A DNA stretch of 64,000 nucleotides, from the sequence record OL770074.2, one strand, 5' to 3'. A program made the position numbers and the translations under genes. Positions 36,035 to 43,748 of the stretch are shown in pieces. The stretch is from Escherichia phage vB_EcoM-RPN187. The notes beneath the pieces are model-generated. The model was not told where the DNA came from. It made no database searches and saw nothing but the letters and a program-made list of their open reading frames with translations. The first letter of the stretch is position 1; each line of letters begins with the position of its first letter.

Positions 36035-36991
36035 TTATTTGAAAGGTTTCACCATATGAAAATTTTCTTTAAACCGTTTGATGTAATCATTTTTGCCGAG
36101 CTTATGATACATAGCCACTACTTCATAATAGTTCTCGTATGCGTACTCACGGAACCAACCAGAGGTGATGCTTGTACAGACCTTTTCCAATGCCATCATG
36201 AAACTGGCTTCAGGGTTAATTTTAAAGTCATTAGGAATCTGAGAACGTTCTAATGCTAGTACACATGATTCTTCGTATACACCGGCCAATTTGACCATTT
36301 CTGGTAATGATTCGAACTTCTCTCGTGAGGTCATGACTTCAGAACCGTCTTTCATATAAAATGTATACGCTGGACGGTCTGTTAGCGCAATGGCTTCATG
36401 AATAGTATCATGGTCATATGTATAGATGTCATCTTTAAAGAACGCACTTTTAGAAGTGTCAAGAACTGGGTGAGCATAGTTCAAGGTTTCTTTCTGGCGT
36501 TTCAGCATAATTTCAGTAAGTTCATCGTTCAGTGTAACACCTTTACCGCGAAGATACTGAATATGGTTCATAGTCTTTAAAAAGAATGGATTATTTTTCT
36601 TGAAACGATGAGACATCTTAATTGCAAGACACATCTCAGGAGTTGCCCAGTAAAACCCGTTCAAACGGTCTTTAGTCAAATTTTTCTTGGCGTATTTTAA
36701 AAGGTCATAAGAAGACGTGAAATCTTCAGGAGTGAGTTCACCGACTAATTCACGGACATTAGTGATTGCCGGAACAATATATGCTTCAAAATGAGTTTCG
36801 CGTCCGTTATGGAAACATTTGAAAACTTGGACACCAGGGTTATCTTGATGAACGTATACACCCATCATTTGATTTTTGAATGCATTCCAAGAACCTTGGT
36901 CTGCAATAAAGTCCCAGTCACTATTTTTGATAGCGTTAGAATCAATAAGACCGTGATAGTGAAGTGCACGAGAACCAATAACTAACATCAT
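36035..36991 (-). CDS. hypothetical protein (318 aa)
   Basis: Long ORF with strong SD (CCGAGGAAAATATT-ATG); no motif recognised. Confidence 0.5.
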   Translation of the reverse strand: MMLVIGSRALHYHGLIDSNAIKNSDWDFIADQGSWNAFKNQMMGVYVHQDNPGVQVFKCFHNGRETHFEAYIVPAITNVRELVGELTPEDFTSSYDLLKYAKKNLTKDRLNGFYWATPEMCLAIKMSHRFKKNNPFFLKTMNHIQYLRGKGVTLNDELTEIMLKRQKETLNYAHPVLDTSKSAFFKDDIYTYDHDTIHEAIALTDRPAYTFYMKDGSEVMTSREKFESLPEMVKLAGVYEESCVLALERSQIPNDFKINPEASFMMALEKVCTSITSGWFREYAYENYYEVVAMYHKLGKNDYIKRFKENFHMVKPFK

Positions 36992-37019
36992 AATATTTTC
37001 CTCGGATTAATTCATTAAC

Positions 37020-37259
37020 TTAAATTTCACGACATGCGATATCATATTCATCCCATAGGTCATCGTGTGAAGCCTCTACTAATGGAACGATTGTACCATT
37101 TATGTCTTCATTATAAGGGCAAATTGTACAGTGTGCATCTTCGAATCGGATGCCTTTGTGTTCAGATTTTTTATAACGCATATCGAATATCTTTGCAAAC
37201 TTTTCACGAGTAATGGTTTTAGCAACCACTTTGGTTCCAACACTTTCGTAATAAATCAT
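37020..37259 (-). CDS. hypothetical protein (about 79 aa)
   Basis: ATG (MIYYESVG...) preceded by GGAG; contains HCTICPYNED. Confidence 0.4.
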   Translation of the reverse strand: MIYYESVGTKVVAKTITREKFAKIFDMRYKKSEHKGIRFEDAHCTICPYNEDINGTIVPLVEASHDDLWDEYDIACREI

Positions 37260-37286
37260 TGTGGACTCCATTTAATTTGATAGGAC

Positions 37287-37316
37287 TACTATAACATAGC
37301 CCTATCTTGTTGTAAA
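37287..37316 (-). promoter_or_regulatory. early promoter GTTTAC-N17-TTATAGT with hairpin
   Basis: Minus strand: GTTTACAACAAGATAGGGCTATGTTATAGTAGTCCTATC. Confidence 0.55.
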
Positions 37317-37321
37317 CTGTT

Positions 37322-37519
37322 TTAGCAAGAATAACTAGATGATACCCAGCCTTGAACAGTAATACTATTATTTGATACCGAGATTGCATTCTGGAGATTC
37401 AAACCTGCATTATCTTCAATCCACAATGTAACTTCTTCGCGTTCTTCTGTTGCAATTTGGAACAGGTTTTCTAGGGCAGCTACTGCCGTACGTACAGCAC
37501 AATCCAATTCACGAGACAT
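37322..37519 (-). CDS. small protein with C-terminal GWVSSSYSC tail (paralogue 1 of 3)
   Basis: 65 aa; begins MSRE, ends ...VQGWVSSSYSC. Confidence 0.4.
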   Translation of the reverse strand: MSRELDCAVRTAVAALENLFQIATEEREEVTLWIEDNAGLNLQNAISVSNNSITVQGWVSSSYSC

Positions 37520-37528
37520 ATAGTTTCC

Positions 37529-37801
37529 TTAGCAAGTGTGAGAAGATGCAATCCAACCACCAGTTTCAAGGCTCAGGTTGTAGTCGTATTGGTAAACGTC
37601 AGCCCATTCAGCATAGCCGTTTTTTGTACAACGTTCAAGATCGGCTTTAAGTTGTCCGGGTGAATGATATGTTCCACCCATACCATAAGCTGGATACAAG
37701 TCGAATGTTGTGTTTTGTTTATCAGCAATTTCTTTGGCAGCCTCAATAGCTGCATAGATTTTTGCTACGGCTTCAGCCAGTTCGGTTTGTTCTTTAGACA
37801 T
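37529..37801 (-). CDS. small protein with C-terminal GGWIASSHTC tail (paralogue 2 of 3)
   Basis: 90 aa; begins MSKEQ, ends ...ETGGWIASSHTC. Confidence 0.4.
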   Translation of the reverse strand: MSKEQTELAEAVAKIYAAIEAAKEIADKQNTTFDLYPAYGMGGTYHSPGQLKADLERCTKNGYAEWADVYQYDYNLSLETGGWIASSHTC

Positions 37802-37810
37802 AATGATTCC

Positions 37811-38116
37811 TTAGCACAACGCAGAAGACGAAACCCAAGCACCTTCAGTAATAACGTAACCATTACCTTCACGCTTAACATCGCCACCATTATTTTCAAT
37901 TTCATCTTTCATCCACTGGGATACGATTTCACCCTTAGGATAATAAGTACGACCGCTACCATAATCACCTACAGAAAATGATACGGCGTATTGGTCTGCG
38001 ATCTTTGTTGCTTCTTCTTCGATACGTTCAGCTTGATTCAGAAGTTTATAAATTGCATCTGAAGCGGATTTGGCATCATTAAACTCTGGTACTTTAATTT
38101 CAATAATCTTACTCAT
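37811..38116 (-). CDS. small protein with C-terminal GAWVSSSALC tail (paralogue 3 of 3)
   Basis: 101 aa; begins MSKI, ends ...ITEGAWVSSSALC. Confidence 0.4.
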   Translation of the reverse strand: MSKIIEIKVPEFNDAKSASDAIYKLLNQAERIEEEATKIADQYAVSFSVGDYGSGRTYYPKGEIVSQWMKDEIENNGGDVKREGNGYVITEGAWVSSSALC

Positions 38117-38472
38117 TTTCTACATTCCTTAATAAAGTTTTCGATTGTTTCATTTTCACGTCTAGCTAGGAGTTCATTATAACTAATCATTTGAGAAGCG
38201 TAAACCTTTTTATTTTTCTTGTTATGGTTTATAAAATCGTAGTAAAAATAGACTACAGTACAAAATGATGCGATGGATGCAAAGGCTTGGGTATACCGTA
38301 AGTCCTGCCATTGGTCTGTGAATCCACCAGTGTTCCCTATAAATCCTAACACAACGCCGTCAATAAGAAATCCAACTAATCCAAAGGCAAATCCCATGCC
38401 AATACTCATAATAAAAATTAGAATGTTCTCACCAAGAGAAGGCCATACGGTTAAGAGTTGAGGCTTTTGCAT
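38113..38472 (-). CDS. hypothetical membrane protein (119 aa)
   Basis: Two to three TM helices; ends in ENFIKECRK. Confidence 0.4.
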   Translation of the reverse strand: MQKPQLLTVWPSLGENILIFIMSIGMGFAFGLVGFLIDGVVLGFIGNTGGFTDQWQDLRYTQAFASIASFCTVVYFYYDFINHNKKNKKVYASQMISYNELLARRENETIENFIKECRK

Positions 38473-38846
38473 CTTATTTCCTTAACGAATTCCATAGCTT
38501 CTTCATATTCGTACTTTTTAACAGCTTCATCATACTGAGCTTGGGCTTTTGCGCACTGAACTTTCCATTCTCTTAATCGGGCTCTATAATGACGTCCTTG
38601 GTGCCAATATCCTACCCAATTAATAGGCATTAATAAAAACGGTACAATAAGTGGTGCGACGAACATTAATGAAAATGCTGCATCAGACGATATAACTTCA
38701 CTAGAATCTAAAACAGCTCCTATAATCATAAAGATTAAAAATGCTAAAGCTAAAATAGGGCCAAATAGTACTTCGTTTGGGATTAATTTACGCTTGTATT
38801 CATACGCCCAGGGCTTAATTGGCATGTATAGGGTTGGCTTTGACAT
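38451..38846 (-). CDS. hypothetical membrane protein (about 131 aa)
   Basis: Internal start MSKPTLYMPI; two TM helices; tail ...MEFVKEIRCK. Confidence 0.4.
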   Translation of the reverse strand: MSKPTLYMPIKPWAYEYKRKLIPNEVLFGPILALAFLIFMIIGAVLDSSEVISSDAAFSLMFVAPLIVPFLLMPINWVGYWHQGRHYRARLREWKVQCAKAQAQYDEAVKKYEYEEAMEFVKEIRCKSLNS

Positions 38847-39411
38847 ATTCTCTACATTCCATAATAAATTGCTCAAGGATTAAATTGTTAGTGAAATTAG
38901 GACTAACAACCATGGTTTCATAAAGCGCATCAATAGCACTTAAAGCATCAACTCTTTTAAGCAAAGGCTTGCCTTCATACATAGTTTCAGAATCGACGAT
39001 TAACGTAAAGTAATATTTTTTATTATTGACCAGAACTTCTGTATCAATATAAAACATGTTAGATCTTAAAAGCTTATCTCTAAAACCATAATAATCTTCA
39101 GAGCGTTCGCTGATATATTCCAATTCAGTGTTTAAACAACAAACAGACCACGTAGGAGCAACGAAATCAGTGAATCTAATATCATGGTCTGCAACTAGTT
39201 TAGCAATAGCTCCGATATCATGAATCATAATACCTGGGGCTAATAAAGATTTTCGGTTATTTGCATATTCAGTTGTCTCATAAGAAGACGACCAGTACCA
39301 TTTACGTCCAGTTGCAACATATCGTAATGAATCAACTAAAGACGTAGGTGGATTTACCTTATTTCGGAACTCTTCGAACATTGAGTCAATATCATTATTT
39401 TGGTTTCGCAT
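38815..39411 (-). CDS. hypothetical protein (about 198 aa)
   Basis: ATG preceded by AAAGGAG; C-terminal ...EQFIMECREYV. Confidence 0.4.
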   Translation of the reverse strand: MRNQNNDIDSMFEEFRNKVNPPTSLVDSLRYVATGRKWYWSSSYETTEYANNRKSLLAPGIMIHDIGAIAKLVADHDIRFTDFVAPTWSVCCLNTELEYISERSEDYYGFRDKLLRSNMFYIDTEVLVNNKKYYFTLIVDSETMYEGKPLLKRVDALSAIDALYETMVVSPNFTNNLILEQFIMECREYVKANPIHAN

Positions 39412-39432
39412 GTTAACTCCTTTATTATCCAA

Positions 39433-39460
39433 AAGGAGGACCGGAGTCCTCCGTATTATT
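39433..39460 (-). terminator. terminator hairpin GGAGGAC-N4-GTCCTCC plus U tract
   Basis: Perfect 7-bp stem directly after the stop at 39461, followed on the minus strand by TTTTGG. Confidence 0.5.
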
Positions 39461-40054
39461 TTATTTCAAAGAGTTAATATATTCTTGTACATCAGCAGAA
39501 GTGGTTTCGACACCAGCTGGAGTGCCATTGAACGTTTCAACACGAGTCAGAGTGTCTTCGATATCAACCTTAGTCAGTGCAGCGATTTCAATTACATCGT
39601 CAGCCGTAGAGATACCAAGGGCATTGGCTGCTCGAGTTTCACGAATGTATTCGAGTTTGATTGCCAGGTTCTGACGAGCATCGTCAAGTTCAACCACCTT
39701 ACGAGCAATTTCAATTCGCATAGCAGCGTACCCGTCAGCTTTTGTATTAAGTTGTTCGGCGGTTCGACGATACAGAAGACCAAGCTTAGCATGCATGGTA
39801 ACATCTTGTCCTTCAGCCAGGAGCTTACGAATTTCAAGTTCCTTAGAAGCGGCTTGCTTATTCTTTTCATTAACAAGTTCGCGAATACGTTTTTCTTCAT
39901 TAATAGATTTAACAGAAGCCGTTTTTAGTTCTTTGATTTGGGTAATCAACTTATCTGCGGCTGCGTTATACTGTTCTTCGACAGTCAGATTTTTAGCCAT
40001 AGCAGTACCCAGTTTAGTGCGGATGAATTCAACAAGTTTCTTCAGTGTGTTCAT
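39461..40054 (-). CDS. hypothetical coiled-coil protein (about 197 aa)
   Basis: Largely helical Ala/Lys/Glu-rich sequence. Confidence 0.45.
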   Translation of the reverse strand: MNTLKKLVEFIRTKLGTAMAKNLTVEEQYNAAADKLITQIKELKTASVKSINEEKRIRELVNEKNKQAASKELEIRKLLAEGQDVTMHAKLGLLYRRTAEQLNTKADGYAAMRIEIARKVVELDDARQNLAIKLEYIRETRAANALGISTADDVIEIAALTKVDIEDTLTRVETFNGTPAGVETTSADVQEYINSLK

Positions 40055-40077
40055 ATTATTACCTTTCAATTGGTGGT

Positions 40078-40127
40078 TTATTATCCAATGAGAGCATTAT
40101 ACTCTGCTCTCAAGAGTTTGTACACTT
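40078..40127 (-). promoter_or_regulatory. early promoter with hairpin, copy of the 9520-9550 element
   Basis: Plus-strand string ttattatccaatgagagcattatactctgctctcaagagtttgt repeated at 9506-9550 and 40078-40122. Confidence 0.5.
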
Positions 40128-40374
40128 ATTTGTACGAATTAATAATCTCTTCCATTTTATCCAGAACATGGATATCGATTATACGAGGAAGTGCCGAAAG
40201 ATTAGAACCGTCGAAAGATTTAAGGTCTTCCAAAATAATATTTTCAATGGCCTTTAAAGCTTCCGCAGATTCTGATGCAGAATTAAATTCAGGAATTTCT
40301 CCAAAAAGACGTAAGAATGAACCAAAGTATTCTGCGGCGATTTCTTTAGCTTGTTCGATATCAGACTTAAACAT
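40126..40374 (-). CDS. hypothetical acidic protein (about 82 aa)
   Basis: ATG with GAGGAAAA SD (MFKSDIEQAK...). Confidence 0.4.
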   Translation of the reverse strand: MFKSDIEQAKEIAAEYFGSFLRLFGEIPEFNSASESAEALKAIENIILEDLKSFDGSNLSALPRIIDIHVLDKMEEIINSYK

Positions 40375-40431
40375 TTTGTTTTCCTCATTTGTTGGTGGAG
40401 TAATCATATCACCATCCTTGGCGTTTGTACA

Positions 40432-40935
40432 TCATTTATTTTTAATTTTGCAAATTTTTTCTGCTTCAGCAATTGCAGCGTCAATGATGCTTTGTGCAAT
40501 TTTATTACTAGTTGACCTGGCAATCACACTAAGAACAATTTCTTTTTCTTCACCACCCCAACCCCAAGTCCTTTGTTCGTGGGTACCTTTAACTACAGCT
40601 GAAACTTCAACAGAACGTCCACCATCAGAAGTTTTAACATCTACAACCCAATCACCATCTTTCTCTTCTACCCTTGATTTATCCCAAGAAATACTAATAT
40701 ATGATTCGTTGTCAATAGAAGTCGCCGGGTTTTTCTCTACCGTAAGACCTTCACTTTCCAGCCATTCAATAGTATTTGCGCATAAATCGGAGGAACACCT
40801 CATCGGGAACCGGCAAGATTTTTCACCTTTAGATGCGGCGTTATACATCTTTTCTAAAATACGCTTTTGCACGTTTTTAAAAATAGTTTCAGCAGATTCT
40901 TCAGATTTTTTATTCAGTTCAGTATAAAGACTCAT
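40432..40935 (-). CDS. hypothetical protein (167 aa)
   Basis: Coding-strand ORF with its own promoter at 40964-40992. Confidence 0.45.
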   Translation of the reverse strand: MSLYTELNKKSEESAETIFKNVQKRILEKMYNAASKGEKSCRFPMRCSSDLCANTIEWLESEGLTVEKNPATSIDNESYISISWDKSRVEEKDGDWVVDVKTSDGGRSVEVSAVVKGTHEQRTWGWGGEEKEIVLSVIARSTSNKIAQSIIDAAIAEAEKICKIKNK

Positions 40936-40963
40936 AACATTTTCCTATGTTGTTGATAAGTCT

Positions 40964-40992
40964 ATAGTATCATGTCCTTAGAAGAAGTAAAC
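40964..40992 (-). promoter_or_regulatory. early promoter GTTTAC-N17-TACTAT
   Basis: Minus strand: GTTTACTTCTTCTAAGGACATGATACTATAGAC. Confidence 0.5.
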
Positions 40993-41023
40993 ATCTTTAT
41001 GAAATATTTTTATGCCCTAGATA

Positions 41024-41052
41024 CCAAAAAGCCCCAACCGTAAGGAAGGGGC
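41024..41052 (-). terminator. rho-independent terminator, copy 2 of the GCCCC...GGGGC-U6 element
   Basis: Same string as 25664-25692, just after the stop at 41059. Confidence 0.6.
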
Positions 41053-41058
41053 ATTCTA

Positions 41059-41523
41059 TTATTTAATTTGTTTAGCAGACCAGATACGGTCTTTAATAAG
41101 TTTTTGGATATCTTCAACATACTCAAGGCTATGAGCGTGAGGATTATCTTTGAAGCTATGTGCTCGTGCCAGTTTCTGGCCTTCTGTTTTGATTACTAAA
41201 AGCTCTTTAAGAATTGCTTCATACTTAGAAATAATTCCTTTGGCGATATTTTTTTCTTGAGCGGCTTTAGGGTCCGCTTTTGGCGCAGGTGCTTTACCTG
41301 TAGCTTTCTGGAACAATTCACCTGATGCAGCTAGGCTTTTAAAAACTCGGCTAACAGTATTAGCATTAGTAAAACCTTCGGCTTTAAAATCTCTAATAAA
41401 ACGGAAACGTTCTTCATCAGAGGCGTCTTTGTAAGAATATTTACCTGCTCTAATTGCTGCAATCGCAGCGGCTTTTACATCTGAACTAGATTGTTCAGTC
41501 AAAAATTCAGCGTATGATTTCAT
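41059..41523 (-). CDS. capsid-targeting-leader protein (154 aa), unassigned internal-protein candidate
   Basis: N-terminus MKSYAEFLTE-Q with the L-x-E site; Ala/Lys-rich body; isolated between two terminators. Confidence 0.5.
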   Translation of the reverse strand: MKSYAEFLTEQSSSDVKAAAIAAIRAGKYSYKDASDEERFRFIRDFKAEGFTNANTVSRVFKSLAASGELFQKATGKAPAPKADPKAAQEKNIAKGIISKYEAILKELLVIKTEGQKLARAHSFKDNPHAHSLEYVEDIQKLIKDRIWSAKQIK

Positions 41524-41569
41524 GTTGCTTTTCCTAAGTTAATTAACTTATCTATTTATTATTATGCAA

Positions 41570-41598
41570 AAAAGCCCCAACCTTTCGGAAGGGGCTAT
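41570..41598 (-). terminator. rho-independent terminator, variant copy (end of the tRNA/stable-RNA unit)
   Basis: Minus strand: GCCCCTTCCGAAAGGTTGGGGCTTTTTT. Confidence 0.55.
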
Positions 41599-41644
41599 GC
41601 CTTGCGGCAACCTTGTCGGGGTTCCACCTGCTAAGGCAAGTGTT

Positions 41645-41795
41645 TGTACGAAACGCCGGGATTCGAACCCGGTTATTAAGCAGTTGACGCTACTCAATAT
41701 TTTTAAAAGGCCATATCTCGACCATATCCGAACGTTCCGTCAAAAACGCTACTCGGCTTACGGCAAAGATATTTCCTCGAATCGATAATTCTGTG
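41645..41795 (-). ncRNA. candidate tRNA-like stable RNA (about 140 nt), analogous in place to T4 RNA species C/D
   Basis: No ORF; minus strand carries a perfect T-arm CCGGG-TTCGAAT-CCCGG followed by CGTTTCG, which can pair with GAAACG about 140 nt upstream; lies between tRNA-Arg and a terminator. Confidence 0.3.
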
Positions 41796-41907
41796 CGCCG
41801 TTTCAGCTGTGATAGTAAAGAACCAGAACACAGTAAAACTGTGGGAGGAACTATACTCCAGGGAACATCAGTCCGACGACTTACCGGTAGCGACCCGGTT
41901 TCTTGTT

Positions 41908-41983
41908 TGGTCGAGGCAGTAGGGGTCGAACCTACGACCTAGGACTTAGAAGGTCCTTGCTCTTCCTTCTGAGCTATGCCTCG
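41908..41983 (-). tRNA. tRNA-Arg (anticodon UCU)
   Basis: Hand-folded cloverleaf: acceptor CGAGGCA/TGCCTCG, D-arm GCTC/GAGC, anticodon loop CUUCUAA, T-arm GTAGG-TTCGACC-CCTAC, encoded CCA. Confidence 0.8.
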
Positions 41984-41987
41984 GATT

Positions 41988-42062
41988 TGGCGGACATGCA
42001 TGGATTCGAACCATGGACCAATTGATTAACAGTCAACTGCTCTACCACTGAGCTACACATCC
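41988..42062 (-). tRNA. tRNA-Asn (anticodon GUU)
   Basis: Acceptor GGATGTG/CATGTCC (two G-U pairs), D-arm GCTC/GAGC, anticodon stem GTTGA/TCAAT with loop CUGUUAA, T-arm CATGG-TTCGAAT-CCATG, CCA. Confidence 0.7.
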
Positions 42063-42066
42063 AAAT

Positions 42067-42153
42067 TGGTTGGGAGTGATGGAGTCGAACCACCTGAGTC
42101 GCAATGACAATGGATTTACAGTCCACACCGCTACCTCTACGGGATAACTCCCC
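42067..42153 (-). tRNA. tRNA-Tyr (anticodon GUA), class II with long variable arm
   Basis: Anticodon loop CUGUAAA; T-arm GGTGG-TTCGACT-CCATC; CCA encoded; the acceptor stem pairs only with a mismatch or bulge, so the 5' boundary is uncertain. Confidence 0.55.
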
Positions 42154-42162
42154 AAATTAATT

Positions 42163-42237
42163 TGGTGGCCCTGGGTGGAATTGAACCACCATCTGGCGAT
42201 TATGAGTCGCTTGCTTGAACCTTCCAGCTACAGGGCC
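42163..42237 (-). tRNA. tRNA with anticodon CAU (Met or lysidine-type Ile)
   Basis: Acceptor GGCCCTG/CAGGGCC, anticodon loop CUCAUAA, T-arm GGTGG-TTCAATT-CCACC, CCA; occupies the T4 tRNA-Ile position. Confidence 0.7.
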
Positions 42238-42238
42238 T

Positions 42239-42314
42239 TGGTGCTGATTGACGGAATCGAACCACCGACCTTCTCATTACAAGTGAGTTGCTCTACCTAC
42301 TGAACTAAATCAGC
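42239..42314 (-). tRNA. tRNA-Thr (anticodon UGU)
   Basis: Acceptor GCTGATT/AATCAGC, D-arm GTTC/GAGC, anticodon loop CUUGUAA, CCA encoded. Confidence 0.75.
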
Positions 42315-42319
42315 AAAAC

Positions 42320-42410
42320 TGGCGGAGGCGATAGGATTTGAACCTATGAGTCGCCGGAGCGACTGCCGGTTTTCAAGACCGGTGCATTAAACCACTCTGC
42401 CACGCCTCCA
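42320..42410 (-). tRNA. tRNA-Ser (anticodon UGA), class II
   Basis: Acceptor GGAGGCG/CGCCTCC, anticodon stem CCGGT/ACCGG with loop CUUGAAA, long variable arm, 91 nt. Confidence 0.8.
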
Positions 42411-42411
42411 G

Positions 42412-42485
42412 TCTCCATACAAGGATTTGAACCTTGGACCTCCTGATCCCAAATCAGGCGCTCTACCAAACTGAGCTACACGGAG
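42412..42485 (-). tRNA. tRNA-Pro (anticodon UGG), CCA not encoded
   Basis: Acceptor CTCCGTG/TATGGAG, D-arm GCTC/GAGC, anticodon stem CCTGA/TCAGG with loop UUUGGGA, T-arm CAAGG-TTCAAAT-CCTTG; one nucleotide separates it from tRNA-Ser. Confidence 0.75.
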
Positions 42486-42495
42486 TAAATTAAAT

Positions 42496-42569
<74 letters not shown>

Positions 42570-42574
42570 AAATT

Positions 42575-42661
42575 TGGTGCGAGAAGTGGGACTCGAACCC
42601 ACAAGGAAATCATTCCGCAGCATTTTAAGTGCTGTGCCTTTACCAATTTGACCATTCTCGC
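42575..42661 (-). tRNA. tRNA-Leu (anticodon UAA), class II
   Basis: Acceptor GCGAGAA/TTCTCGC, anticodon stem CAGCA/TGCTG with loop CUUAAAA, variable arm GGAA-TGAT-TTCC, T-arm GTGGG-TTCGAGT-CCCAC, CCA. Confidence 0.8.
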
Positions 42662-42662
42662 G

Positions 42663-42735
42663 CTGGGAATAAAGGACTCGAACCTTTGCATCCTGGAATC
42701 AAAATCCAGTGCCTTACCAACTTGGCTAATTCCCA
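42663..42735 (-). tRNA. tRNA-Gln (anticodon UUG), CCA not encoded
   Basis: Acceptor TGGGAAT/ATTCCCA, D-arm GCC/GGC, anticodon stem CTGGA/TCCAG with loop UUUUGAU, T-arm AAAGG-TTCGAGT-CCTTT; one nucleotide from tRNA-Leu. Confidence 0.75.
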
Positions 42736-42799
42736 ATTATTAACAAAGGCTCTCAAGCAAGAACCCTTGATGATAGAGGGTATTAATCAGTGCGATATG

Positions 42800-42832
42800 A
42801 GTTAATAATAACAAATAATTCTTAAAGCATAT
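42800..42832 (-). promoter_or_regulatory. candidate MotA-dependent middle promoter upstream of the tRNA cluster
   Basis: Minus strand: aTGCTTTAAgaattatttgtTATTAT (MotA-box-like TGCTTTA, 12 nt, then TAnnnT). Confidence 0.4.
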
Positions 42833-43126
42833 TTACCATTTATGATAATACATATTTACGATGCATTCAAGACCCAAAGGATTCTTGAAAATATCATATT
42901 CAAGAGGACCTTTTTCCGTTTCAATAAAGAAATCAAAGTTAACTGTGTTAAATTTACGGTCTTCCTTTACTAATTTAACTTGAGAAGATGAACGGTCAAT
43001 GTAAACCTTTTCAACTTCAAAACATGTTAAAATGCCATAATCATCAATCAAGGCTTTAGCCGCATCTTGATCATATTTATATCCATTTTCAATGGATGAT
43101 ACTTTCGCATAAAGAATCATTATCAA
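42833..43126 (-). CDS. hypothetical protein (97 aa)
   Basis: Coding-strand ORF with 4-nt overlap. Confidence 0.4.
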   Translation of the reverse strand: MIMILYAKVSSIENGYKYDQDAAKALIDDYGILTCFEVEKVYIDRSSSQVKLVKEDRKFNTVNFDFFIETEKGPLEYDIFKNPLGLECIVNMYYHKW

Positions 43127-43503
43127 CCTTCATCAACAATAGTATGCGTATTGGCATTTACAATTTGCCACCAATCAAAGAGATTAGAACCATACATCAG
43201 TTTGTTTTCATTTTCTTTGATAATATCACGGAGTTCATCTTCAGTGGCGGCTTTCGCGATTAAATCAGCATATCCACCACGAGGATAATAATTATCACCT
43301 GCAAAAAGTAAAAAGTTTGGTTTAATGTTATTGAACTCTTCAAGAGTAATAACTTTTCCTGACGGTTGAACAATCTCTACATATTTATATCCCAATTTTT
43401 GAGCAGCATCTACTGCTTCAAGCAAAGTATCATGAGCCCATCCAATTTGACAACCTGGCTTTTCAGATGGATTAGCCTGATAATCCGCATACACTTTGTA
43501 CAT
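43123..43503 (-). CDS. hypothetical protein (about 126 aa)
   Basis: Coding-strand ORF; likely start MYKVYADYQ. Confidence 0.4.
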   Translation of the reverse strand: MYKVYADYQANPSEKPGCQIGWAHDTLLEAVDAAQKLGYKYVEIVQPSGKVITLEEFNNIKPNFLLFAGDNYYPRGGYADLIAKAATEDELRDIIKENENKLMYGSNLFDWWQIVNANTHTIVDEG

Positions 43504-43504
43504 T

Positions 43505-43690
43505 CTATTCACCTTTAGAAATTTTATCCATAACGATAGCAATTAAACCAATTAAAAATGCTACTACAAGTGAAAACACATTTTCTGCTGTAGTTAATAA
43601 TCCGCATATAAATCCAACAAACATTGAAAAACTAAAAGCGGAAGCAGAAATTGCAATAGCAACATTTCGAATTAATTCACAACGTTTCAT
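43505..43690 (-). CDS. hypothetical small membrane protein (61 aa)
   Basis: Hydrophobic core FSFSMFVGFICGLL...LVVAFLIGLIAIVM. Confidence 0.35.
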   Translation of the reverse strand: MKRCELIRNVAIAISASAFSFSMFVGFICGLLTTAENVFSLVVAFLIGLIAIVMDKISKGE

Positions 43691-43718
43691 TTTATTCTCC
43701 TCTGTAGTTGATAGGGTA

Positions 43719-43748
43719 ATAGTATCACTACCCCATCTAAAAGTAAAC
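43719..43748 (-). promoter_or_regulatory. early promoter GTTTAC-N18-TACTAT
   Basis: Minus strand: GTTTACTTTTAGATGGGGTAGTGATACTATTACC. Confidence 0.5.

Noticed and set aside
34480-39432. The E-x-F-I-x-E-C-R gene ends as a DNA repeat
   Set aside because: Copies differ at synonymous codon positions, so conservation is at the amino-acid level; it is reported as a protein motif instead.
39410-40927. Plus-strand ORFs 39410-39928 (172 aa) and 39938-40927 (329 aa)
   Set aside because: They are antisense to minus-strand genes that have promoters, ribosome-binding sites and coupled junctions; composition is Ser/Leu/Phe-rich as expected for antisense of AT-rich coding DNA.
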